From NCBI GenBank assembly GCA_047601445.1, contig JASGJH010000001.1, forward strand, positions 9,088,001 to 9,152,000: a stretch of DNA of 64,000 nt, given 5' to 3'. This DNA comes from Myxococcales bacterium (GTDB lineage Bacteria; Myxococcota_A; Polyangia; Polyangiales; DASUME01). The position numbers were made by a program, and so were the translations under genes. Below the pieces are notes generated by a model. It saw only the letters and a list, made by a program, of their open reading frames with translations, ran no database searches and had not been told where the DNA came from. Below, piece by piece: positions 11,978 through 21,402 of the stretch (positions are counted from its first letter, which is position 1; each line of letters starts with the position of its first letter).

Positions 11978-12418
11978 ATGGGGAAGGTCAGCAAGGAAGC
12001 CGCCCAAATTGCGGAAATCATTCATGAGTTCATGGCGGCGCACAAGCGAGCGTTCCACGCCACGGCCAAAGATCATGGGCTCTCTCCGCAGCAGGCGGCC
12101 ACCATCTGGAACCTGGAGCCCGGGACTGGCATGCCCATGAGCGCGCTCGCCGACCTGCTCATGTGTGACGCCTCGAACGTCACCGGCATCGTCGACAAGC
12201 TCGAGGCTCGCGGTTTGGCCAAGCGCGGCCAGGCCGACGACCGCCGGGTCAAGGTGTTGACGCTGACGGAGGAGGGCGCGGCGCTGCGCAACGTGATGCG
12301 CGAGCGACTCCTGCAGCCGCCGGAGTGGCTCCTCGCTTTGAACCGCGACGATCAACGCCAGCTGCACGAGCTCCTCAAGCGAGGCCTCGAGGCGCTGCGC
12401 TCCGCGACGCCGCGTTGA
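11978..12418 (+). CDS. MarR family transcriptional regulator
   Basis: GLSPQQ..PMSALADLLMCDASNVTGIVDKLEARGL..DRRVKVLTLTEEG. Confidence 0.92.
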   Translation: MGKVSKEAAQIAEIIHEFMAAHKRAFHATAKDHGLSPQQAATIWNLEPGTGMPMSALADLLMCDASNVTGIVDKLEARGLAKRGQADDRRVKVLTLTEEGAALRNVMRERLLQPPEWLLALNRDDQRQLHELLKRGLEALRSATPR

Positions 12419-12469
12419 CTCGCTCCGCGAGGGCCCGCCTCGCGCTGAGCGGCCGCTGGGAGCGGCGCG

Positions 12470-13009
12470 CTATTCGGCGCTGCGCGGGGTACGCGCGGGA
12501 CGTTCTCCCCGCATGATGCGCAGCTGTTCGACGTTGGCCAGGCGCGCGTTACGACGGAACTGGGCCTCCTCGTAGCGGCGCTTCTCATCCGGCGTATCCA
12601 CCAAAAGCGGCGGGACCTTCACGGGTGTGCCGTCGGCCGCCACGCCCACGAAGGTGAGATAGGCCGAGACGATGTGCCGGTGCTCGCCCTTGAAGCTGTT
12701 CTCGGCCAACACCTTCACGCCGATCTCCATGGAGCTGGTCCAGGCCCGGTTGCATGCAGCCTTCACGATCAGGGTCTCACCGTCTTTGGCGGGCGCCATG
12801 AAATGCACCGAGTCCACGGAAGCGGTGACGCATACGCTGCCAGCGTGGCGCTCGGCCACCACCAGCGCGATGCGATCGCAGATGGCCATTACGAGCCCAC
12901 CGAACACGGTGTAGTGAGCGTTCAGGTCGTTGGGGAAGATCTTGTACACGTGGTTGTCCACCATGGAGGCGGACACGGGCTTGCCGGGGGGGATCACGTC
13001 GCTGCTCAA
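12470..13009 (-). CDS. Acyl-CoA thioesterase (hotdog fold, YciA-like)
   Basis: IFPNDLNAHYTVFGG..CVTASVDSVHF..TSSMEIGVKV..SAYLTFV; TTG start overlaps the folA stop. Confidence 0.88.
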   Translation of the reverse strand: MSSDVIPPGKPVSASMVDNHVYKIFPNDLNAHYTVFGGLVMAICDRIALVVAERHAGSVCVTASVDSVHFMAPAKDGETLIVKAACNRAWTSSMEIGVKVLAENSFKGEHRHIVSAYLTFVGVAADGTPVKVPPLLVDTPDEKRRYEEAQFRRNARLANVEQLRIMRGERPARTPRSAE

Positions 13010-13563
13010 GTGGGGCCTCGCTGGGTGCGTTCGTAGACTTCGAAGCTGAACTCCACGTCGCCGTCCCGATGGGGCCCGTCGCGCGTGACCAGCCGAAAAT
13101 CCTGCTCGAATTCTGCGAGAAACGCGTCGCACTCGAAGGCTCGGTGCACGCGGGTGAGATAGACCCGGCGGCAGCTCGGATCGCGCAGGGACTCGGCGTA
13201 GAGCGAGGCACCGCCGATCACGAAGATCCGGTCCACGCTGGGCAGGGAGATCAACTGTTCGAGCGTTTCGCTCAGCGAGCTGCACACCCGCACGCCGGGG
13301 TCGGCAGCAAAGGCGGGGTCGCGCGACAGCACCACGTTGAGGCGATCCTTGAGCGGGCGGAACTTGCCCGGGATGGACTCGTAGGTCTTGCGCCCCATCA
13401 CCACCGCGTTTTGGCGTCCTGCGCTGGCCTCGCTGGTGAGGCGCTTGAAGTAGGCCATCTCCGACGGGAGCTTCCAGGGCAGGCCGTTGGCTCTCCCGAT
13501 GCCCCGGTTTTCGTCGGCCGCGACCACGATCGAGAACGGGATCTCGCGTGCCACCTGACTCAC
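13006..13563 (-). CDS. folA: Dihydrofolate reductase
   Basis: [51 protein letters not shown] start overlaps the thyA stop. Confidence 0.93.
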   Translation of the reverse strand: MSQVAREIPFSIVVAADENRGIGRANGLPWKLPSEMAYFKRLTSEASAGRQNAVVMGRKTYESIPGKFRPLKDRLNVVLSRDPAFAADPGVRVCSSLSETLEQLISLPSVDRIFVIGGASLYAESLRDPSCRRVYLTRVHRAFECDAFLAEFEQDFRLVTRDGPHRDGDVEFSFEVYERTQRGPT

Positions 13564-14393
13564 ACCGAGACCGCGAAGCGGATGAAGGGATGGTGTTGGT
13601 ACTCGACCAGCTGGATGTCCTCGAAGCCCAGTTCGTCGAGCGGCTTCTTGGCGATCTCGACGCGCGGCGGCGCCAGGGGTGCGCGCGTCAACTGGAGCTT
13701 GAGGCCTTCCACGTGGTTCAGGTAGATGTGCGCGTCGCCGAGGGTGTGCACGAACACGCCGGGCGTGAGGTCGCACTCCTGAGCCATCATCATCAGGAGC
13801 AGGGCGTAGCTCGCGATGTTGAAGGGCACCCCGAGCGCGATGTCGGCCGAGCGCTGGTAGAGCTGCATGTCGAGCCGACCCCGGTTGACGTAAAACTGGA
13901 AGAACGCGTGACACGGCGGCAGCGCCATGTGCGGGATGTCGGCCACGTTCCAGGCGCTCACGATGATGCGGCGCGAGGTGGGGTCGCGCTTGATGAGGTC
14001 GATGGCCTCGCGAATTTGGTCGATGCCGGGTTCCGAGCGCTCGCCGCGCACCTCGTGCTTGTCGCGCGTGTGCTGCGCGAAGGGGGCGCCCCAGTGTCGC
14101 CACTGGTGGCCGTACACGGGACCGAGCTCGCCGTTCTCGTCGGCCCAGGCGTCCCAGATGGGCGAGTGCTGCGTGAGGTCGTCGCGCACGTTGGTGCTGC
14201 CGCGCAGAAACCAGAGGAGCTCGCGCACGACACCGGTCCAGAGCACCTTTTTGGTGGTCAAGAGCGGAAAGCCTTCGCGCAAGTCGTAGCGCGTCTGCGC
14301 CCCGAAGATCGACAGGGTGCCGGTGCCCGTGCGGTCCTCGCGGCGTTCGCCCTCGTCGAGGACACGCTGGACCAGTTCCAAATACTGCTTCAT
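13560..14393 (-). CDS. thyA: Thymidylate synthase
   Basis: [56 protein letters not shown]. Confidence 0.97.
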   Translation of the reverse strand: MKQYLELVQRVLDEGERREDRTGTGTLSIFGAQTRYDLREGFPLLTTKKVLWTGVVRELLWFLRGSTNVRDDLTQHSPIWDAWADENGELGPVYGHQWRHWGAPFAQHTRDKHEVRGERSEPGIDQIREAIDLIKRDPTSRRIIVSAWNVADIPHMALPPCHAFFQFYVNRGRLDMQLYQRSADIALGVPFNIASYALLLMMMAQECDLTPGVFVHTLGDAHIYLNHVEGLKLQLTRAPLAPPRVEIAKKPLDELGFEDIQLVEYQHHPFIRFAVSV

Positions 14394-14920
14394 CGATTCC
14401 CCTCGGTCTTGGTCGGGTCCTGACTTGGCTCGCGCGTGGCAGCACGCGCGTCTTGACTCGGCTCGCGCGTGGCAGCACGCGCGTCTTGACTTGGCTCGCG
14501 CGTGGCGGCACGCGCGTCTTGACTCGGCTCGCGCGTGGCAGCACGCGCGTCGACACACTCATCGATCCGGTCGCCCGTGATCTCGCCGCGCAGGGCGTCT
14601 TGGTGGGCCAGCCAGGCTTCGATCACCTGGGGCGGCACGCGGTGCTTCTCCAGCGTGGTCTTGAGGATTTGCCTGCGACGCCCGAAGTGGCCGCCCATGA
14701 TGGGGTGCCGCTGATGGGCCTCGCGCATGTCCCGGCCGGAGTAGCGGACCTGCGCCCCCAAGAACTCGGCCGCATGCTCGTACTCCATGCGCTTGAGGCG
14801 GTCCCGATTGACGCGCGCAAACAGGAAGCCGATCATGCCGTCCGCGCATACGCGCTCCACGAAGTCGTCGATGATCGCAGAGAGCGCGAACTCCCCACCG
14901 ATGTCTTCGAAGTACGTCAC
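14390..14920 (-). CDS. Group I truncated hemoglobin with a C-terminal tail of 11-aa repeats
   Basis: [41 protein letters not shown]; tail ([11 protein letters not shown])x4; stop overlaps the thyA ATG. Confidence 0.75.
   Translation of the reverse strand: MTYFEDIGGEFALSAIIDDFVERVCADGMIGFLFARVNRDRLKRMEYEHAAEFLGAQVRYSGRDMREAHQRHPIMGGHFGRRRQILKTTLEKHRVPPQVIEAWLAHQDALRGEITGDRIDECVDARAATREPSQDARAATREPSQDARAATREPSQDARAATREPSQDPTKTEGNR
14421..14551. repeat. Tandem repeat, 4 x 33 bp, each unit containing an 8-bp inverted repeat
   Basis: Unit TGACTYGGCTCGCGCGTGGCRGCACGCGCGTCT starting at 14421, 14454, 14487 and 14520; stem CGCGCGTG-N4-CACGCGCG. Confidence 0.95.
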
Positions 14921-15062
14921 GCCGCGCCGTCCCCAGTCTGGCACTTTCCAGGGCCTGAGCGGGTATAGCGAATCGCAGGAGAGGGTGCACCGCGCCGCGG
15001 AAAAGCAGCGCGAGCACCGCTAGTTCCGCTGCGTGGCGCAGCTCCAGGAGGGCTCGGCCGGC

Positions 15063-15738
15063 CTAGAAATCCTCGAGCAGCGTGAGCCAGCCCACGTAGA
15101 CGAGCAGGGTTCCGAAGGCGACCGCCGCGTACAACAAGCGCGCGTTTTTGCCGGGCTCAGAGGCCTCGGGCTCCTGGAACAGGGCCGGTGCGTGGCGCAG
15201 GGAGTCCGGGTGCAAGACCAAACCGCCGCCAGCGCTCTCGGGAGGGAGCCACGGGGCTTGGTGGGCGGGTCTGCCACGACCCGCAGGGCTCGCCGCATGG
15301 CCGTCCCGGCGCGCACGGCGGTCCTGGTGCCGGCTACGTTCGGCGTGTCGGCTTCGCTCGGCGCGACGACTGGCCTTGGAGCGCAGGCCAGGCGCCAAGC
15401 CCACGGCGATTCTTGGAGGGGCCCAGATCCACCATGTCGCCGTGCTCCAGGCGCACCCAGCCTTCCGACAAGATGCGTCCGTTGTGGCGCACGCGGTCGT
15501 CGTGCTTAAGTGCGCGCACGAGCAGCGAGTCCCCGGTGAAGGCCAACAACAAGGGAGCTATCCCAGGTGAGGCGATTTGCCAGTCGCAGCTCGCGCCTGC
15601 GCCCAGCGTGATGGTGATGCCCGCGTCGCACGCATCGAAGGCCCACGTGCCCAGCGCCGAGACACCGCGCCGCAGGGTCAAAAGAGCCTGATGCCCGTGT
15701 GCGGCGTCGGGCTCGAGACTCACACTCGACTTTCGCAT
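15063..15738 (-). CDS. FHA-like domain protein with C-terminal TM; single-base frameshift at 15408-15412, probably an artefact
   Basis: ITLGAGASCDWQI..VRHNGRILSEGWVRLEHGDMVDLGPSK continues as IAVGLAPG...LLYAAVAFGTLLVYVGWL when one base is removed from GAATC. Confidence 0.6.
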
Positions 15739-15862
15739 GCCGCCCTCATCGCAAAACGCGTGCCCACATTGGCGGTGCTGACCGTTGCGCACCCGTGCCG
15801 ATGCGTGAGTCCCAAGTCGGGCGTGCTTGAATCTTCGGGCCGACAAGGATAGGAGCAGGCCC

Positions 15863-16720
15863 ATGCTCGATCGCCTCCTGCGCACGCAGATGCCGCCCAT
15901 GCGATGCTTCGCGGCCCCCACCTCGCATTTCGGGGTCGAGCTCGAGTACCTGGGCACGGCGGGCTTCGTGGTGCGCGGTCAGGGCCGCACCTTGGTGCTC
16001 GATCCCTATGTCACCCGGGTTCCGCTTCATCGCTTGTGGCGCCCGCTGCAGTCGGACGAAGCCCTGGTGGCGCGCGTGATTCCCAAGGCTGACGATGTGC
16101 TCGTCGGGCACGCCCATTACGACCACGTGCTCGATGCCCCTACGCTCTGCCGTCGCACCGGGGCGCGTTTGATCGGCGCCAGCGCTGTGATGCAGGTGGG
16201 CCGCGCGTTCGGACTGCCCGAGCATCAGCTGTGTGAGACCTCGGGCGGGGAGGCGATTCCGAGCGGGCCGTTTCGCATCCGGGGCCTGCCTTCGCGCCAC
16301 GGCAAGGTGTTCCTTGGGCGCGTGCTGTTTCCGGGGGACATCACCGAGCCGCCGTCTTGGCCGCCGGGCATCGCCGAGCTCAAGCACGGCCTCGTGCTGA
16401 ACTGGCACCTCGAGCTAGGCGACTTTTCCCTGGTCCACGTGGACTCTGCGGACTTCATTCCACGTGAGCTCGAAGGATTACGCGCGGACGTGCTGTGTCT
16501 GTGCGCGGCGGGCCGTCACTATCGGCCGCGCTATGTGGAGGAAGCCATCGCGCTGTTGCGGCCGCGTTATGTGGTGCCATGTCACTGGGACACCATGATT
16601 ACGCCGCTCGAGCGGTGCCAGCCCTTACCAGGCATCGACTTGCCCAAGATGGTGAGCGAGATCGAAGCGGCTGGCGCACAGGCCGTGATGATGCCCGTGC
16701 TCGGTCGCGCCAGCTTCTGA
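15863..16720 (+). CDS. MBL-fold metallo-hydrolase (UlaG-like)
   Basis: YLGTAGF, LDPY, GHAHYDHVLD, PCHWD; AGGAG Shine-Dalgarno before ATG 15863. Confidence 0.85.
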   Translation: MLDRLLRTQMPPMRCFAAPTSHFGVELEYLGTAGFVVRGQGRTLVLDPYVTRVPLHRLWRPLQSDEALVARVIPKADDVLVGHAHYDHVLDAPTLCRRTGARLIGASAVMQVGRAFGLPEHQLCETSGGEAIPSGPFRIRGLPSRHGKVFLGRVLFPGDITEPPSWPPGIAELKHGLVLNWHLELGDFSLVHVDSADFIPRELEGLRADVLCLCAAGRHYRPRYVEEAIALLRPRYVVPCHWDTMITPLERCQPLPGIDLPKMVSEIEAAGAQAVMMPVLGRASF

Positions 16721-16750
16721 AGCGCGTCGCCGCCGCTCCGCTCCGGGGCG

Positions 16751-16957
16751 TCACTTGCGGAACAGGTTCAGCAGCAGGCTGAGCACGATGCTGACCACGA
16801 TCGAGCTCACCACGGGGAAGTAAAAGGTGAAGTTCTTCTTCTCCACCACGACATCCCCCGGCAGGCGTCCGATGCCAAGCTTGGACAGCGCCATCCACAG
16901 CAAGCCAGTGGCGGCGATGGTCAGACCCGCGTAGAGCAGCATTTTGCCGGCTTGCAT
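16751..16957 (-). CDS. DUF2905 small membrane protein
   Basis: GIGRLPGDVVVEKKNFTFYFPVVSSIVVSIVLSLL. Confidence 0.85.
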   Translation of the reverse strand: MQAGKMLLYAGLTIAATGLLWMALSKLGIGRLPGDVVVEKKNFTFYFPVVSSIVVSIVLSLLLNLFRK

Positions 16958-17010
16958 CTCCGAGTCGTACCACCGTCTCGCGCCAGCGCGAGCAGGGCGC
17001 GCGGTAGCGG

Positions 17011-17520
17011 TTAGTGCAGGCCCTTTTCCGTGATGTAGCGCAGGGTAAACGCGGCTTTGTCGGCGTTCCCCTCGACGCTCGACTTGGCCACGAAGTGCTC
17101 GATGATGGAGCCGATGCCGAAGATCTTGCAGTGCACGGAGTTCTTGCTCAGCTGCTCCACGCCACTTGCGTTCTCGTCGAGCCGCACGGCGCCGAGGATC
17201 TCCACGCGATCACCGATTACCGCCGGCACCATTCGATACGACCAGCACTTCTCGCGCGGATCGAACTTGCTGATCTCCTCGATGATCACGTTCTCGCCCA
17301 CCAGCTTGCGGATGGGGAGCGGAGCTTCGAGCGGCTTTTCGAAGCGCAGGCGTCGACTCATGCCCGTCTCGTAGTCGCCCTTGTGCTCGAGCACTTCCAT
17401 GCGGATGAATCCGAGCGCCTCGCAGTAGAGGCGCTGCTGGTAGTCGAGGTTCAGGCATAGCTCTCGCCAGTACGTCTCGGCGCGGACAGGGAAACGCTTG
17501 CGGAATTCGGATTCGATCAC
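17011..17520 (-). CDS. DUF2505-like (START/SRPBCC-fold) putative lipid-binding protein
   Basis: About 169 aa; P.PIRKLVG..IEE...WSY...VHCKIFGIGSIIEHFV pattern; GTG start overlaps the stop of the upstream dehydrogenase. Confidence 0.55.
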   Translation of the reverse strand: MIESEFRKRFPVRAETYWRELCLNLDYQQRLYCEALGFIRMEVLEHKGDYETGMSRRLRFEKPLEAPLPIRKLVGENVIIEEISKFDPREKCWSYRMVPAVIGDRVEILGAVRLDENASGVEQLSKNSVHCKIFGIGSIIEHFVAKSSVEGNADKAAFTLRYITEKGLH

Positions 17521-18542
17521 ACCAGACCCTGTTCTTTGAGGTGCGCACAGGTCAGGCGGATGCCCTCCGCCAGGTTCACCTTGGGCTCGTAGCCCAGGTC
17601 CCTGCGTGCCTTGTCGATGCTGAAATAGTGATGCCTCACCATATAGCGCACGGCAAACCGGGTCATCCCATCCTCCGCATTGAGGGTGCCCCCGCGCAGG
17701 GTATCGATGCCCTCCTTGATGGCGGCCGCGGCAAAGACGACGGGGTACGGGACCCCGCCCAGGATCGGCGGAAGCTTCAGCTCGGCGAGCACTTTGCCCA
17801 CGAAAGTGAAGAACGGCAGCGGCTCGCCGTTCGTCACGAAATAGGCCTGACCCGCGCTCGGACTGTCGGGGACGAGCCGACGATCCGCCAGGAGCAGCGC
17901 ATCTACCAGATTGCCCACGTAGGTGAAGTCGGAGAGCTTGCGATTGAAGAGGCCCACCGAGAAGCGCAGCTTGCCCGCCTTGGCCCGCTGCAGGACCGCT
18001 GGAAAGAAGCGCCGATCGCCGGGGCCGAACACCACGTGGGGACGGATCGCGCAGGTGAGCACTCCGCGCTGGCCGTTGGCCGCCAGGATCTCCTGTTCCG
18101 CTACGATCTTGCTGTCGGAGTAGGGAGCCTGACTCTTGCTGGAGTAGGGCAGGGTCTCGTCGCCGTTCTCGATGTCCTCGCCTTCGTACACGGCGCTGGC
18201 GGTGCTCACGTACACGAGCTTCTTCACGCGGGCCTTCCAGCAAGCGCGCAACACGCTGCGCGAGCCGCCCAGATTCACCGACCACACGTCGCTCTCGCGG
18301 TTGTGTTTGGTGTGAACCAGCGAGGCGTTGTGGAAGACCGTGGTCACGCCCTCGCAGAGCTTGGCCAGCGCGTCGGTGTCACGGATATCCACCCGCTCGA
18401 AGCGCATGTCGGAGCGCCAGGCCTCTCCGAAGGGCTCCACCACGATCACCGCGTCGCCGCGGGCGATCAGCGCGTCCACCAGGGCGCGACCCACGAAGCC
18501 GGCCCCCCCCGTCACCAACGAAACCTGCCTCTGCGTTTCCAT
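17517..18542 (-). CDS. 3-beta-hydroxysteroid dehydrogenase/decarboxylase family extended SDR (NSDHL/Erg26-like)
   Basis: VTGGAGFVG, YSDSK catalytic motif, CAIRPHVVFGPGD, DFTYVGN, GQAYFVTNGEP, YFSIDKARRDLGYEP. Confidence 0.85.
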   Translation of the reverse strand: METQRQVSLVTGGAGFVGRALVDALIARGDAVIVVEPFGEAWRSDMRFERVDIRDTDALAKLCEGVTTVFHNASLVHTKHNRESDVWSVNLGGSRSVLRACWKARVKKLVYVSTASAVYEGEDIENGDETLPYSSKSQAPYSDSKIVAEQEILAANGQRGVLTCAIRPHVVFGPGDRRFFPAVLQRAKAGKLRFSVGLFNRKLSDFTYVGNLVDALLLADRRLVPDSPSAGQAYFVTNGEPLPFFTFVGKVLAELKLPPILGGVPYPVVFAAAAIKEGIDTLRGGTLNAEDGMTRFAVRYMVRHHYFSIDKARRDLGYEPKVNLAEGIRLTCAHLKEQGLV

Positions 18543-18560
18543 GGTTCGCGATGATGGTTC

Positions 18561-18586
18561 GAAAAATAGAATCGTCAATCTAAAAA
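18561..18586. promoter_or_regulatory. AT-rich divergent promoter with an imperfect palindrome (candidate TetR operator)
   Basis: AAAAATAGAATCGTCAATCTAAAAA; TAGA-N8-TCTA at 18567-18582; TTGACG on the minus strand lies inside it. Confidence 0.4.
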
Positions 18587-18643
18587 CTGGTTTGCCCGCT
18601 TCGAAGGGGCGAGTACAGTGCCCGGCAGAAGAGGGGCCGCCAC

Positions 18644-19783
18644 ATGGGCAAGCACGACTACGGGCACAACAAACCTGCGCCGCCGACGTTCGAAGAGGCC
18701 AACAACCTCCGTCAGCGGGCGCGCGTCGCCGGCATGGATCCCAACTACTGGTATCCGGCCATGATGTCGCGGGACTTGGCGGTCGGTGCGGTCAAAGAGG
18801 TGGTGTTCTGGCACCGCTCGTTCGCGTTCTTCCGCGGGCAAGACGGCGTGGTGCGCGCCATGGAGAACCGCTGTGCCCATCGCAACCTCAAGCTGACGCT
18901 GGGGCAGGTCGAAGGTTGCACGCTGCGCTGCGCCTACCACGGCTGGGCCTACGACGGCGAGGGCTGCCTGGTGGACATGCCCCACAACGACTTCGGCAAG
19001 AAGCTCAAGATCTCGCTGGAGACGTTCCCCGTGGCCGAGCGCTACGGGATGATCTTCTTCTTCCCCGGTGATCCCGAGCTCAGCAGCAAGCGCGAGATCC
19101 CTAGCATTCCCGAGATCGAAGGTGCGGACCCCTGGGCCCACGGCGTCATCGACTTCCACTGGAAGGGTCATCACTCGATGATCCTCGACAACGTCAGTGA
19201 CTTCACGCACGGCTACCTGCACCGCAAGTGGCGCCCCTTCGAGGGAGATCAGCTGTTGAGCCTCGAAGAGGCCAACGACCGCGTGATGCTGCAGTACAAC
19301 GCCAAGATCGCGGCCGCGAAGATCATGGACGTGCTGATCGATCGCAAGGCCCACGCGGGAACCTCGCACTACTCCTGTTACGAGTACCCTTACCAGTGGT
19401 CGAACACCGAAGAGTTCGTGAAGCACTGGCTGTTCGTGTGCCCGGTGGACGAGCGCAACACCATGGTGTTCTTCCTCTTCTACTACGCTGACTTCAAGGT
19501 TCCCTTCTTGCCGATCAAGCTGCCGCGCAAGCTGATGACCCCGCTGGTCCGCATGGGCCACGAGTACCTGGTGCGCCCGCTGTTCAACGAGGACGGCTGG
19601 GCCGTGCAGATGGAGCAGGAGGGCTACGACGGCCATTGGGACGCGCCGCTGGCAGAGGTGAACCCTCAGGTGCTCGCATTTCAGCGCCTCACCGTGCGCA
19701 AGTGGGAGACCTACCTGGAGAGTCAGAAGCTGACCAACATCAAGCGCAAGAAGCGGGAGCGCTCGGAGAATGCAGATGCCTGA
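18644..19783 (+). CDS. Rieske non-heme iron oxygenase, alpha subunit
   Basis: Rieske ligands CAHR...CAYHGW; mononuclear Fe motif DNVSDFTHGYLH and a later ED. Confidence 0.92.
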   Translation: MGKHDYGHNKPAPPTFEEANNLRQRARVAGMDPNYWYPAMMSRDLAVGAVKEVVFWHRSFAFFRGQDGVVRAMENRCAHRNLKLTLGQVEGCTLRCAYHGWAYDGEGCLVDMPHNDFGKKLKISLETFPVAERYGMIFFFPGDPELSSKREIPSIPEIEGADPWAHGVIDFHWKGHHSMILDNVSDFTHGYLHRKWRPFEGDQLLSLEEANDRVMLQYNAKIAAAKIMDVLIDRKAHAGTSHYSCYEYPYQWSNTEEFVKHWLFVCPVDERNTMVFFLFYYADFKVPFLPIKLPRKLMTPLVRMGHEYLVRPLFNEDGWAVQMEQEGYDGHWDAPLAEVNPQVLAFQRLTVRKWETYLESQKLTNIKRKKRERSENADA

Positions 19784-21402
19784 AGCCATCGAGATCACCA
19801 GCAGTGCATCCGTGCGCGACGCCCTCAAGAAGGCGGAGGCGCGCGGCCTCATCGAGTGTTACGAGCCCGCCACGCGCAAGCCCCTCGGCAGTGTGCAGGT
19901 CACCCCGCCCGAGAGCCTGCCCGGCCTGGTGCAGAGGGCGCGCAAGGCGCAGACGCTGTGGGCCAAGACGTCCTTCGACGAGCGCCGCAAGGTGATCGGG
20001 TTGTTGCTCGACCACGTGCTGGCCCATGCGGACGAGCTGTGCGACGTGGTGTCGCGCGACTCCGGCAAGACGCGCCATAACGCCATGCTGGGCGAGGTCT
20101 GGCCGGTGGTGGAGAAGGCGCGTTGGACCATCGCCCACGGTGAGAAGTTCCTGCAGACGGAGCGGGTTCCCTCCGGCGTCTTCCCCCACAAGCGTGCTCG
20201 CATCGAGTACGCACCGCTCGGCGTCATCGGCGTGATCGCGCCTTGGAACTACCCGCTGCAGAACATCCTCGGACCGACCATTCCTGCTTTGATGGCGGGC
20301 AACGCGGTGATCGTGAAGGTCAGCGAGTGGGTGGCCTGGTCGTCCGCGCGCTTCCAGAAGATCTTCGACGACGCCTTCAAGAAGGCTGGCTATCCGGTGG
20401 AGCTCGTGCAGATCGTGAACGGCTACGCCAAGACCGGCGCCGCGCTGGTCTCGTCGGGCGTGGACAAGATCGTGTTCACCGGTTCCCTCGAGAACGGCAA
20501 GCGCGTGCTCGCGCAGGCGGCAGACACGCTGACGCCGGTGGTGCTCGAGCTGGGTGGCAAGGATCCGCTCATCGTCTGCGACGACGCTCACATGGAGCAG
20601 GCGGTCCATGCGGCGTTGACTGGGTGCTTCATCAACTGCGGGCAGAACTGCCTGGCCAGCGAGCGCGCCCTGGTGTTCGACGCCGTCTACGACGCTTTCG
20701 CGGCGCGCGTGGTCGAGACCACCAAGCAGCTGCGCCAGGGCGAGCCGATGGGCGGATCCACCGTGGATCTGGGCGCCATCGTGTCGCCCTTGCAGCTCGA
20801 TTCTGATCGAGGGCCTGGTGCAGGAGGCCGTGCGGCAGGGGGCGCGCCTGTTGACTGGAGGCAAGCGAGCCCACGTGGAGCGCGGCCAATACTTCGAGCC
20901 CACCATCCTGGCGGACGTGACGCCCGACATGCGCATCGCCCACGAGGAGACCTTCGGGCCGGTGATGTTGCTGATGCGCGTCAAGAACGAGGAGGAGGCG
21001 CTGCGCGTGGCCAACGGCACGGCCTATGGCCTGGGCGCCACCGTGCTCTCCAAGGACGCGGCGCGCTGCCGACGCATGAGCTCGGCCCTGTCGGTGGGGA
21101 ACGTGTCGGTCAACGACTTCGGGCTCACGTACATGGCCATGGATTTGCCGTTCGGCGGCGTGCGTGGCTCGGGCTTCGGGCGCCTCAACGGCCGCGAGGG
21201 CCTGCGCGCCTGCACCAACATGAAGGCGATTCTCGAGGATCGCTTCCCGCTGCACGTGCCGGCCAAGGTGTTCCCCATCGGGCAGAACGCGGTCTCGGTG
21301 TCGCGCGAGGTCCTGCGCGTGCTCTACGAGCGTCGGCTCGGACAGCGCGTCGACGCCCTCGGCAAGTTGGCAGGCCTGGTGCTCAAGCGAGGCGAGTCGT
21401 GA
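19770..21402 (+). CDS. Aldehyde dehydrogenase; single-base frameshift at 20799-20803, probably an artefact
   Basis: PWNYP, FTGS, LELGGKDP, catalytic GQNC; removing one T from GATTC continues LDLIEGLVQEAV...EETFGPV...PFGGVRGSGFGR. Confidence 0.9.

Noticed and set aside
14421..14551. Possible CRISPR array (33-bp palindromic repeats)
   Set aside because: Units are directly adjacent with no unique spacers, and there are no cas genes in the window.
13006..14562. Bifunctional DHFR-TS, or long repeat-containing N-terminal extensions of ThyA/FolA
   Set aside because: thyA and folA are in different frames with a GTGA overlap. The extensions only reflect that the repeat is stop-free in all three minus-strand frames.
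17511..17520. Other GAATC/GATTC sites near gene starts or within genes (e.g. ~17512, 14395, 30063, 39206) as further frameshifts
   Set aside because: Reading frames and start/stop overlaps are coherent as written, so these appear genuine.
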